From the NCBI GenBank assembly GCA_033812595.1, contig JAPXTJ010000001.1, forward strand, positions 13,306-77,305: a DNA stretch of 64,000 nucleotides, in the 5' to 3' direction. Shown here piece after piece: positions 26,709-34,983 of this stretch. The first letter of the stretch is position 1. Each line of letters starts with the position of its first letter. A program made the translations under genes and the position numbers. The notes under the pieces are model-generated. The model was given only the letters and a program-made list of their open reading frames with translations. It searched no databases and was not told where the DNA came from. This DNA is from Thermomicrobiales bacterium. GTDB taxonomy: Bacteria; Chloroflexota; Chloroflexia; Thermomicrobiales; UBA6265.

Positions 26709-27644
26709 TCACTCGGTTTGGTATTGCCCTTTGGTCTCCGCTGCGAGTTGCAGGGGTTGTTGCAGTACGCGGGGAGCAGGACCCCTGTCCCGTGACAGCG
26801 CCAGATGATCAGGCAAAATGAGCGATTCATGCAGGCCATTCGGATATTCGAAGGCGAGGGAATCTGCATCGAACCGAGCGTTTGACGCATGGATGATTCG
26901 GTGATGATTCGGACAAAGAACAACGATGTTGGAACTCACGTCAGGACCACCGTCACCAAGTCGGTGGATGTGATGGGCCTCAGCATAGTCAAGGTCGAAC
27001 ATGTCGCGAAACTCATGTCCGCACACTTGACAGCGATGTGAGTAGTAGGATTTTAAGCTTTCGCCCAGCATTGGATTTCTCTCATATCGTGTCGTTATGA
27101 CTTGATGGGGCGGCCTTGGATCTAGGAGCTCCAAGCGATCGTGATTGAAGATTGCTCCAAGCGCGCGCTCCTTCCCAAATATTTCCGCGATCATGCGGGT
27201 CGGTGTACGTTGAAGTTGTGGGTTGGGCTTCGACGCTAAAGCCCAGAGAACATGGGGAAGTATCATTTGTTCATCCACCGAGTCAATGTACCGCGGGTTA
27301 TCTTGACCACCATAGTCCCGCGAGAGCCGCAACTGTTCGAGACTGAACGGTATAGTCGGCACCGATGCCGACCCGCGCACGATCCAATCCCATTTTCTGC
27401 CTTCATTTGGCCAATAGTGTTGGCTTAGGGTGCCATCATAATCACGTTCAATCTCGTCGAACACAATCGCGTAGTTGATCCGCGCGTCTAGCAAACCTAA
27501 GCGCATGGCATCACTCTTCACCAGCTGCAATAACAGAAGTTCGCCGGGTTCAAGTGGTGGCGATTGCGGCCTATTGCGCAGCGCAAACAGCGAGCGCTGT
27601 ATGCACATATCAATCTGCGCCTCGCGTACGTTGAGCCGTCGCAT
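26709..27644 (-). CDS. Two-domain HNH endonuclease (unassigned N-terminal domain plus C-terminal HNH)
   Basis: CQVCGHEF...AEAHHIHRLGDGGPDVSSNIVVLCPNHHRIIH is a canonical HNH/McrA-type motif, preceded by RYERNPMLGESLKSYYSHR. It lies in a low-GC segment of about 1.1 kb. Confidence 0.85.
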   Translation of the reverse strand: MRRLNVREAQIDMCIQRSLFALRNRPQSPPLEPGELLLLQLVKSDAMRLGLLDARINYAIVFDEIERDYDGTLSQHYWPNEGRKWDWIVRGSASVPTIPFSLEQLRLSRDYGGQDNPRYIDSVDEQMILPHVLWALASKPNPQLQRTPTRMIAEIFGKERALGAIFNHDRLELLDPRPPHQVITTRYERNPMLGESLKSYYSHRCQVCGHEFRDMFDLDYAEAHHIHRLGDGGPDVSSNIVVLCPNHHRIIHASNARFDADSLAFEYPNGLHESLILPDHLALSRDRGPAPRVLQQPLQLAAETKGQYQTE

Positions 27645-27755
27645 GACTTCGAGACCTACCGCTTTCCGTGAAGCGCCTTCATCCCATCATACATGCTACT
27701 AAAGGCGATCCTGCAAAGCGTAAGTTCGTAGATAGTTGCTACGACAACGTCGAGC

Positions 27756-28271
27756 CTATCGCCTATCGATTGTCACCCCGACTTCCGCCAGCAACCCATC
27801 CCAGTCCAGAGCACGGGTGTACATGCCGAGGGAGCCATCGGCGTTGCGAGGCCAGTCTTCCGGGGCGCGGTCCCAGGCGAGTTCGATGCCGTTACCGTCC
27901 GGATCGGCGAGGTAGATCGCTTCGTGCGTGCCGTGATCCGACGCGCCGCCAATCGGGTACTGCAGTTCCATCAATCGCACGATGGCGCGGGCCAAATCCT
28001 TCCGTTCCGGGTAGTTGAAGGCGGTGTGGTACAGACCGGTCGAACCGCGCGGCGGCGGCGATCCGCCCTTGCTCTCCCAGGTGTTGAGCCCGATGTGATG
28101 GTGATAGCCGCCGGCCGAAAGAAAGGCCGCCTGATCGCCGTACATCGCGACCACCTCGAAGCCGAGGTAGTCGCGATAGAAGGCAACCGCGCGATCGAGA
28201 TCGGCGACCTTCAGATGAACGTGTCCGATCCGGGTGCCGGCCGGGGCAGTGAAATCCTGCGTTGACATCAT
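27756..28271 (-). CDS. VOC-family protein (glyoxalase / extradiol dioxygenase-like)
   Basis: IGHVHLKVADLDRAVAFYRDYLGFEVV ... GGYHHHIGLN ... SDHGTHEAIYLADPDGNGIEL. Confidence 0.8.
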   Translation of the reverse strand: MMSTQDFTAPAGTRIGHVHLKVADLDRAVAFYRDYLGFEVVAMYGDQAAFLSAGGYHHHIGLNTWESKGGSPPPRGSTGLYHTAFNYPERKDLARAIVRLMELQYPIGGASDHGTHEAIYLADPDGNGIELAWDRAPEDWPRNADGSLGMYTRALDWDGLLAEVGVTIDRR

Positions 28272-28366
28272 TTCTCCGCGACCGGCCATGGGAGCATCCC
28301 GTCAAGAAGCGCCGGTCGTTCCATTACCCCAGAGCTTACCAAATGTAAGCGACGTCGGCAACCCGG

Positions 28367-29539
28367 CTACACCGAGACCGGCGTTTCCCACGCTCCGCTG
28401 GCCGAGCTGCGCTCCACCGCGTCGAGCACCGCCTGACAGCGGTAGCCGTCCGCAAAACTCGGCGCCGGATTGACGCCCGTCCTGATCCCTTCGAGGAGGT
28501 CCCTGATCACGTGCGCGAAGGTGTGCTCCCAACCGATGATGTGCCCGCCCGGCCACCAGGCGCCGACGTAGGGATGCGGACCATCGGTCACGAGAATTTT
28601 GCGGAAGCCCTGAACGTCGCCCGGATCGTCGACGAAATAGACCTCGAGTTCGTTCAAACGCTCCAGGTCGAAGACGATCGTCCCCTTTGAACCGTTGATC
28701 TCGAACTGGTTGTGATTGCGCCGGCCCGGCGCCAACCGTGTCACTTCGAAAGTACCGGTCGCGCCGCCGGCGAATTTTGCCAGGAAGTGCGCGGAGTCAT
28801 CGACCGTCACCTCGCCGTACTCGGTGCCGCTGGTCGCTTCGAGACCGGCCCCGCCGCCGCTCGTCACCTCGACCGGCCGCTGCTTGATGAAGGTGCTGAG
28901 CGAGCCGGTAACGCTGACGATTTCATCGCCGAGCAGGTAGCGGCTGAGATCGACGATGTGCGCCGCGATGTCGCCGAGCGCGCCCGACCCTGCCAGCTCT
29001 TTCTTGAGCCGCCAAACGAGCGGGAAGGAGGGATCGAGAATCCAGTCCTGCAGGTAAACCGCCCGGAAATGGCGAATCTCGCCGATCCGGCCTTCCTCGA
29101 TCAGCTTCCGCGCCAGCACAACCGCCGGCACCCGCCGGTAGTTGAAGTTGATCATATTGACCACGCCCGCCACCTGGGCTGCGGTCATCATCACCCGCGC
29201 CTGTTCGAGCGAATTCGCCAGCGGCTTCTCGCAGAGCACGTGCTTACCGGCGGCGATCGCCGCCATTACCACGTCGTAGTGCGAATCGCCCGGCGTCGAA
29301 ACATCGATCAGGCCGATGTCTTTCCGTTCGATCAAACGGCGGTAATCGGTTTCGTACCCTTCCCAGCCGAGTTGCTCCGCGGCGTGGCTGACCGCGGCCT
29401 CGTTCCGGCCGGCGATCGCCACCATGCGCGGCTTCGGATCGACATCGAAAAAGTGGCTGACCTGCCGGTAGCCGTTCGAGTGGGCGCGTCCCATGAACTT
29501 GTACCCGACGAGCCCGATCCCGATCTCACCCATTGCCAA
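28367..29539 (-). CDS. Gfo/Idh/MocA-family oxidoreductase
   Basis: IGIGLVGYKFMGRAHSNGY Rossmann N-terminus and ...LCEKPLANSLEQA. 390 aa. Confidence 0.85.
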   Translation of the reverse strand: MAMGEIGIGLVGYKFMGRAHSNGYRQVSHFFDVDPKPRMVAIAGRNEAAVSHAAEQLGWEGYETDYRRLIERKDIGLIDVSTPGDSHYDVVMAAIAAGKHVLCEKPLANSLEQARVMMTAAQVAGVVNMINFNYRRVPAVVLARKLIEEGRIGEIRHFRAVYLQDWILDPSFPLVWRLKKELAGSGALGDIAAHIVDLSRYLLGDEIVSVTGSLSTFIKQRPVEVTSGGGAGLEATSGTEYGEVTVDDSAHFLAKFAGGATGTFEVTRLAPGRRNHNQFEINGSKGTIVFDLERLNELEVYFVDDPGDVQGFRKILVTDGPHPYVGAWWPGGHIIGWEHTFAHVIRDLLEGIRTGVNPAPSFADGYRCQAVLDAVERSSASGAWETPVSV

Positions 29540-29575
29540 ACTCCTTCACTGTCCGCGTTGGTTCTCCAAGTATGC

Positions 29576-29697
29576 CGTCAGGTTTCCCGCCGCCACGAAC
29601 GGAGTGATGAATTCGACGCGAAGCGGCACTGCGATTGCGAACGGTGCCCAGTTGGAAGGCCGCTCCGCGTCGGACCCTTCGCTTCACTCAGGGTGAC
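29576..29697. repeat. Dispersed palindromic intergenic repeat, copy A
   Basis: Contains the core cgacgcgaagcg (29613-29624) and its near-complement cgctccgcgtcg. Ends in ...cttcactcagggtgacg. Boundaries are approximate. Confidence 0.55.
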
Positions 29698-29713
29698 GAT
29701 GCCGGTATGGGCG

Positions 29714-30676
29714 CTATGCCCACCAGCTCTCGGTGCGGTCCTCGGTAAACACGGAATCCTTCAGGAAACTGACCGCCCGGGTGAAGCCCTCGTTGATGCT
29801 CAGGATCGAATCCTCATGCTCGATCGAGAGAGCGCCGTCGTAGCCGGCCAGCCGCAATTCGGAAATCAACGCCCGCCAGAACTCCTGACCGTGGCCATAC
29901 CCGACAGTGCGAAAGATCCAGCTTCGTTCCTTTTCGAGGTTGAGCTTCTTCGTATCGAGTACGCCGTTGCGGGCGATGTTCGGTTGGTCGAGCCACGTGT
30001 CCTTCATATGCACGTGGTAGATCATGTCGCCGAGTTCGCGAACGCAGACGAGCGGGTCCATTCCCTGCCAGAAGAGGTGGGACGGATCGAAGTTGAGGCC
30101 GACCGCCTCGCCGGCGATTTCACGCAGGCGCATGAACGACTCGGTGTGGTAAGCGAGAAAGCCGGGGTGAAGTTCGATGGCGATTCGGACCCCCTTCCCG
30201 GCGGCGTGATCGCCCATCTCGCTCCAGTACGGCGCCGCCACCTCGTTCCATTGCCATTCGAGGATTTCCTGGTAATCGGGCGGCCACGAGCAGGTCACCC
30301 AGTTCGGTTTGGTGGCGGTGGGGCCATCGCCCGGACAACCGGAGAAGTTGTTGACCGTCGACACCCCGAGCCGCGCCGCCAGCTCGATCGTTTCGCGGAA
30401 GTTCCGATCGTCGGTGGCGGCGTGTTCGGGATCGGGGTGGAGCACATTGCTGTGACATGAGAGCGCGCTGATCTCGATGTCACGATCGGCGAAGGCGCGC
30501 CGGAACGCTTCGAGCGCCGCGTCATCGGCGAGCAACGCCGCCGGATCGCAGTGCGCCTTGCCGGGATAGCGGCCGCACCCGATCTCGACCGCGTCGCACC
30601 CCGCGTTCTTGATGTAATCGAGCGCCTCATCCAGCGGTTTCTTGGCGAAGAGGACCGCAAACACACCGATCTTCAT
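29714..30676 (-). CDS. Sugar phosphate isomerase/epimerase (xylose-isomerase-like TIM barrel)
   Basis: ATG 30676 with a GGGAGGTG RBS. MKIGVFAVLFAKKPLDEALDYIKNAGCDAVEIGCG ... IAIELHPG ... FDPSHLFWQ ... HMKD ... SIEHED. The track ORF's 5' extension to 31483 is antisense to the SDR gene. Confidence 0.85.
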   Translation of the reverse strand: MKIGVFAVLFAKKPLDEALDYIKNAGCDAVEIGCGRYPGKAHCDPAALLADDAALEAFRRAFADRDIEISALSCHSNVLHPDPEHAATDDRNFRETIELAARLGVSTVNNFSGCPGDGPTATKPNWVTCSWPPDYQEILEWQWNEVAAPYWSEMGDHAAGKGVRIAIELHPGFLAYHTESFMRLREIAGEAVGLNFDPSHLFWQGMDPLVCVRELGDMIYHVHMKDTWLDQPNIARNGVLDTKKLNLEKERSWIFRTVGYGHGQEFWRALISELRLAGYDGALSIEHEDSILSINEGFTRAVSFLKDSVFTEDRTESWWA

Positions 30677-30817
30677 CCCTGCACCTCCCTGAATCGCCGT
30701 TCCGGTTGCGTTCGTATGCAAAGAGTAGCTGAGTCGTTGGCGATCAGTCGCGTGATCGGGCGAATTCGGGTACAAACGGACGCAATTCGCGATCTCGTAC
30801 CAAGGAGTTTCCCACCG

Positions 30818-31639
30818 ATGCTGCCCACGATCGATCTCACCGGACGCACCGCTGTTGTGACCGGCGCCGGCTCCGGCATCGGGCGGGCCATCGCCCACGC
30901 GCTGGCCGAAGCCGGAGCACACGTCACCGTTGCCGAACGCGATCCTGTTACCGGTGAATCCACGGCGGAATCGATCCGATCGCTCGGCGGTTCGGCCGAT
31001 TTCACAGCGTGCGATGTCACCGATATCCCCTCGATCGAGGCAGCCATTGCGAGCGCTGCGTCCCGAACCGGATCGATCGACATCCTGGTCAACAACGCCG
31101 GAATTCCCGGCGCGTCGGCCCCGATCGATGAGTTCCAGCACGACGTCTGGGACGCCGTGCTCGCGGTCGATCTGTCGGGGGTTTTTCGCGTCACCAGGGA
31201 GGCGGTGCCGCACCTGGTCAAATCGGGCCGGGGAGCTATCGTCAACATCGCTTCGACCTTCGGCATGTTCGGCGCGCCGGAGAACGCCGCCTACGCCGCC
31301 GCCAAGGCGGGCGTGATCAATCTCACCAAACAGAACGCGGTCGATCTCGGACCGCGCGGCGTGCGCGTCAACGCCGTCTGCCCCGGCTACGTTGACAACG
31401 ACATGGCGCGGCGCGGCGATCGGATGTCGCCGGAAGATGCGGCCGCCCGCTGGGCGACCCGCAACCGGCTGGCGGCGCTGCAACCGCTCGGTCGCCAGGG
31501 GCAGACCAGCGAAATCGCCAATGTCGTCCGGTTCCTGGTCAGCGATATGGCGAGTTTCATGACCGGTTCGATCGTGACGGTCGATGGCGGCTGCACCGCC
31601 ACCTTCAATCGCGGCAGTGAAGTACAGGAGGCGAGGTAG
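30818..31639 (+). CDS. SDR-family oxidoreductase
   Basis: ATG 30818. TGAGSGIGRAIA, NNAG and YAAAKAG (YxxxK). Confidence 0.88.
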   Translation: MLPTIDLTGRTAVVTGAGSGIGRAIAHALAEAGAHVTVAERDPVTGESTAESIRSLGGSADFTACDVTDIPSIEAAIASAASRTGSIDILVNNAGIPGASAPIDEFQHDVWDAVLAVDLSGVFRVTREAVPHLVKSGRGAIVNIASTFGMFGAPENAAYAAAKAGVINLTKQNAVDLGPRGVRVNAVCPGYVDNDMARRGDRMSPEDAAARWATRNRLAALQPLGRQGQTSEIANVVRFLVSDMASFMTGSIVTVDGGCTATFNRGSEVQEAR

Positions 31640-31641
31640 GG

Positions 31642-32412
31642 ATGAGAGGCGCGAGCAATCTGCCGGTGGCGATGGTCACCGGCGCGGGTCACGGCATCGG
31701 CCGCGAGATCGCCCTGCAACTGGCCAGGGACGGCTACTTCATCATCGTCACTGATGTCGACGGTGCACGCGCGGCCGACGTTGCCAAAGAGATCGGCGAG
31801 CACGCCCTCGGCGCGCAACTCGATGTCCGCATGCGCCAGCGCATCGATCTGATCGTGGAGGATGTCACCAACGGCATTGGCCCGATCGAAGTACTGGTCA
31901 ACAACGCCGGCATCTATCCCAACACGCCGTTCCTCGAACTCCCCGAGGTCGAGTGGGATGCGGTGTTCGATGTCAACCTGAAGGGGATGTACCTGGTCAG
32001 CCAGTCGGTGGCGCGCAAGATGGTTGAGCGCAAGATCAAGGGACGGATCGTGAATCTCTCGTCCGGCGCCTCGGTTTCCGGACGAGCCGGCGCGGCCCAC
32101 TACGCCACCTCCAAGGCGGCGATCAACATGCTGACCAAGGTGATGGCGATGGAACTCGGCCGGATGGGCATTACCGTCAATGCGATCGCGCCCGGGCTGA
32201 TTACGGTGCCGGATGCTCCGCTCAATCAGGAGTATTTCGAGACACTCGTTGCGGCGATTCCGATCGGCCGGGTGGGGCAGCCAAGCGACATCGCCCGGGT
32301 CGTGAGCTTCCTGGTCCAACCTGGTTCCGAATTCATCAACGGCAGCATCTACTTCGTCGATGGCGGCTCCAGCACCGGCCGCACCACCATCCCGCTCAGT
32401 CGCAAGGAGTAG
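31642..32412 (+). CDS. SDR-family oxidoreductase
   Basis: VTGAGHGIGREIA, NNAGI and YATSKAA. Starts 3 nt after the upstream stop. Confidence 0.88.
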   Translation: MRGASNLPVAMVTGAGHGIGREIALQLARDGYFIIVTDVDGARAADVAKEIGEHALGAQLDVRMRQRIDLIVEDVTNGIGPIEVLVNNAGIYPNTPFLELPEVEWDAVFDVNLKGMYLVSQSVARKMVERKIKGRIVNLSSGASVSGRAGAAHYATSKAAINMLTKVMAMELGRMGITVNAIAPGLITVPDAPLNQEYFETLVAAIPIGRVGQPSDIARVVSFLVQPGSEFINGSIYFVDGGSSTGRTTIPLSRKE

Positions 32413-32464
32413 CCGAAACCGACACTCCTCCGATCCGCCCGGCGGCTGTCAGCCGGTTCACCGG

Positions 32465-32492
32465 TTGACACCGCCGCCGGAAGGTGTAACGT
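32465..32492 (+). promoter_or_regulatory. Candidate sigma-70-type promoter for the GYD gene
   Basis: TTGACA (32465-32470), 16-nt spacer, TAACGT (32487-32492). It lies about 80 nt upstream of ATG 32574. Confidence 0.3.
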
Positions 32493-32573
32493 ATGGCCAG
32501 ACGCCATATGTAAACTCAGGTGTGCCTGAACGTCTTCTGGTGTCCATGGCGTCGCTCGGGAGGAGGATGAACG

Positions 32574-32900
32574 ATGCCCATGTACCTGACGCGTTTCAGC
32601 TACACACCCGAAGCGTGGTCCAAACTCATCGCGAACCCGGAGGACCGTCGAGCCGCCGCCGCCGAGTACATCGAATCAGTCGGGGGCAAGCTCCACGGAT
32701 TCTGGTACGCCTTCGGCGAGCACGATGGCTACAACCTATGGGAAGCGCCGGACAACGTGGCGATGTCCGCCACGGCGCTGGCGATCTGCGCCGGCGGGGC
32801 GGTGAGTTCCTTCCAGACGACCGTACTGATGACTGTAGAGGAGACGCTGGAGGCCCTGGAAACCGCCGGATCGATCGCCTATCGCCGGCCCGGTGCGTAG
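32574..32900 (+). CDS. GYD-domain protein
   Basis: 108 aa. MPMYLTRFSYTPEAWSKLIANPEDRRAAAAEYIESVGGKLHGFWYAFGEHDGYNLWEAPD is characteristic of the GYD family. GGGAGGAGG RBS. Confidence 0.8.
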   Translation: MPMYLTRFSYTPEAWSKLIANPEDRRAAAAEYIESVGGKLHGFWYAFGEHDGYNLWEAPDNVAMSATALAICAGGAVSSFQTTVLMTVEETLEALETAGSIAYRRPGA

Positions 32901-32970
32901 GAATACCCGGCCAACAAGCCCGGTTCCGCTGCACTAAAAAGCCGCCAACCGGCTCTACTCCACGCAACCT

Positions 32971-33080
32971 GTCATTCAAAGCGGAGCGATGAATCCGACG
33001 CGAAGCGGCCTGACGAAACCGCACCGTGTCCATGCGATGAGCCGCTTCGCGGAAGACTCCTCGATCCCTCGTTGAGACGG
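32971..33080. repeat. Dispersed palindromic intergenic repeat, copy B
   Basis: gtcattcaaagcggagcgatgaatccgacgcgaagcggcc ... gccgcttcgcggaagactcctcgatccctcgttgagacgg. Core cgacgcgaagcg at 32996-33007. Confidence 0.6.
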
Positions 33081-33302
33081 CGTTGGAGAACGCGCACGGT
33101 TGGCGTCTCTGTTTTCATGCGCGGTGGCGCGGCGCGCTTGATGTCAACTCGGGGTCAACTGACGGCGCGATCACCGGTTTTCCTTCGAAGAGTCGGGGCG
33201 GTTGGCGTTCTCGGCGTCCTACCGAGCCGGTCGCATTCCGTTCTCAGTACAGCGGCAGCGCCCGAGTAATCCCCAGTCCCACGGAGACCGATCAGCGGCC
33301 GG

Positions 33303-33331
33303 TTGCGAAGGTCGTCAGACGGCTATACGAT
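33303..33331 (+). promoter_or_regulatory. Candidate promoter for the VOC / oxidoreductase / amidohydrolase genes
   Basis: TTGCGA (33303-33308), 17-nt spacer, TACGAT (33326-33331). It lies about 50 nt upstream of ATG 33380. Confidence 0.3.
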
Positions 33332-33379
33332 GCCGCCCGAGTCGACGGGCCATCTACCGGCCCGAGGAGGGACAACCGG

Positions 33380-33790
33380 ATGGGATCGGTTTTCGTTCAC
33401 GTGGGCGTGCGCGCCACGAATCTCCAGGAATCGCTGCGCTTCTGGCGTGATGCGCTTGGCCTGCAAGTGGTCGCGGAGCATCCAGGCCACAGCGATCTGA
33501 CCGACGGCCACCACAATTTCCGTGTCTTCCAGCACAACCAGGCCGAGCGGGCGCCGCACGTGCGCGGCATGCTCGATTACCTCCACATCGGTGTGCGGGT
33601 GCCGGACCTCGCCGAAGCGGCCGAACGCTTCAAATCGATGGGCTTCGAGATCATCTGGGACGGCATCGACGGCGGCAAGCCGTACGATCCCGCCACGCCG
33701 CCCGCCGAATCGTTCAAGGTCGAGGATCCGGACGGAATCGCGATCGACGTTTCCGCCTCGCGGGATCAGTGGCCGGGCGTGGAACTCTAG
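33380..33790 (+). CDS. VOC-family protein (glyoxalase-like)
   Basis: ATG 33380 with a GAGGAGGG RBS. MGSVFVHVGVRATNLQESLRFWRDALGLQVV ... LHIGVRVPDL ... FKVEDPDGIAIDV. Confidence 0.8.
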   Translation: MGSVFVHVGVRATNLQESLRFWRDALGLQVVAEHPGHSDLTDGHHNFRVFQHNQAERAPHVRGMLDYLHIGVRVPDLAEAAERFKSMGFEIIWDGIDGGKPYDPATPPAESFKVEDPDGIAIDVSASRDQWPGVEL

Positions 33791-33817
33791 GCGACGTCCA
33801 AAAGGGGAGTAGCGAAC

Positions 33818-34894
33818 GTGCGCACCTACCGGCTGGCGGTGATCGGCCTCAACCACTACCACGTCACGGGCTGGGTGGAAAGCCTGGAAGCCTGGCGCGA
33901 CCGCATCGAGATCGTCGCGCTTTATGACGCCGATCCCGAACTCGGCAAACGGCTGGCGCCATCGCACCACGATCCGGTGCTGGCGAAGAAACTCCCCGAT
34001 TGGTGCGGCAACCTGCCGTTCTACGCCGATCTCGACCGGTTGATCGCCGAGGTCAAGCCCGATCTGGCGCTGATTACCCTCCAGAACATCGACATGCCAG
34101 CGGCGATCATCAAACTTGCCGGCGCCGGCGTGCATATGCTCGTCGACAAGCCGGGCGGACGCACCGCCGCCGAAGCGCGACCGGCGCTCGAAGCGATCCA
34201 GCGCAACAACGTCAAGATTAACGTCGGACTCAACCGGCGGAACGGTCACGCCTGGCAGCACACCCGCCGCATGATCGAGGAGGGTCGCATCGGCCGGCTG
34301 ATGACGACCGAGGCGATCTTCACCACCTCATCAGTCTCCGTGCGCGATCCGAAGAACCCGATCTTCGATCCGGTCACCGCCGGCGGCGGCATACTCCACT
34401 GGCTTGGCGTACACGATCTTGACCTGCTCCTCTGGCTGACGGGTGAACCGATCGTGGAGCTGCACGCTATGAGCGGCACCCTCAGCGGCGAACCGATCGA
34501 GGTCGAGGATGTCATCTCGATGTCGGTTCGCTATGGCGGCGGCGCGATCGGCTCGGTGCACTACGCCTACGCCTTCCCGCGCGCCGGGGCGAACGACGGC
34601 TACGTCGCCTTTCGGGGCACCGGCGGCTCGATCAAGATTCAGTCGAACGGCACCGTTACCTGGTTCGGACCGGGCAATCGCGACGAGCCGCACGCCACCG
34701 AGACGTACAGCTACGAACTCGGCAAGGCCCCCGGGTACGGGCCGCTTGCTTCGGCCGGGATTCGGGACTGGCTCGAAGCGATCGAGCAGGACCGGCAACC
34801 GCTCGCCAACTACGGCCAACTCGTCAACGTGCTCGAAGTCATCGACGCCGCCTACGCCTCCGCAAAATCGGGTCAGCGCGTCAAGGTCGGCTGA
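33818..34894 (+). CDS. Gfo/Idh/MocA-family oxidoreductase
   Basis: GTG start. RLAVIGLNHYHVTGW ... VHMLVDKPG. 358 aa. Confidence 0.82.
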   Translation: MRTYRLAVIGLNHYHVTGWVESLEAWRDRIEIVALYDADPELGKRLAPSHHDPVLAKKLPDWCGNLPFYADLDRLIAEVKPDLALITLQNIDMPAAIIKLAGAGVHMLVDKPGGRTAAEARPALEAIQRNNVKINVGLNRRNGHAWQHTRRMIEEGRIGRLMTTEAIFTTSSVSVRDPKNPIFDPVTAGGGILHWLGVHDLDLLLWLTGEPIVELHAMSGTLSGEPIEVEDVISMSVRYGGGAIGSVHYAYAFPRAGANDGYVAFRGTGGSIKIQSNGTVTWFGPGNRDEPHATETYSYELGKAPGYGPLASAGIRDWLEAIEQDRQPLANYGQLVNVLEVIDAAYASAKSGQRVKVG

Positions 34895-34983
34895 CCGGCG
34901 CAGCGCCGCCGGACCCCACCGGGAGGACCGTGGGCCCTCCCGTTTGCCCTGTCGTATTCCGCATCACCGGGAGTAACCAGACC

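Noticed and set aside
26642-26923. 93-aa minus-strand ORF in the low-GC islet
   Set aside because: It overlaps the 3' end of the HNH gene in another frame. It has no RBS and no motif, so it is most likely spurious.
28712-30460. 582-aa ORF on the plus strand
   Set aside because: It is antisense to the Gfo/Idh/MocA and TIM-barrel genes. Shadow ORF.
30677-31483. 5' extension of track ORF 29714..31483
   Set aside because: The extension is antisense to the SDR gene and is R/G/D-rich. A GGGAGGTG RBS precedes the internal ATG at 30676, where the homologous TIM-barrel sequence begins.
32360-32992. 210-aa plus-strand ORF spanning the SDR end, the spacer and the GYD gene
   Set aside because: It is out of frame with the well-supported GYD gene, is R/P/G-rich, and crosses a probable promoter.
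33083-33379. 99-aa N-terminal extension of the VOC gene (track ORF 33083..33790)
   Set aside because: The extension is arginine-rich with no homology pattern. A GAGGAGGG RBS sits in front of ATG 33380. The region is treated as non-coding spacer.
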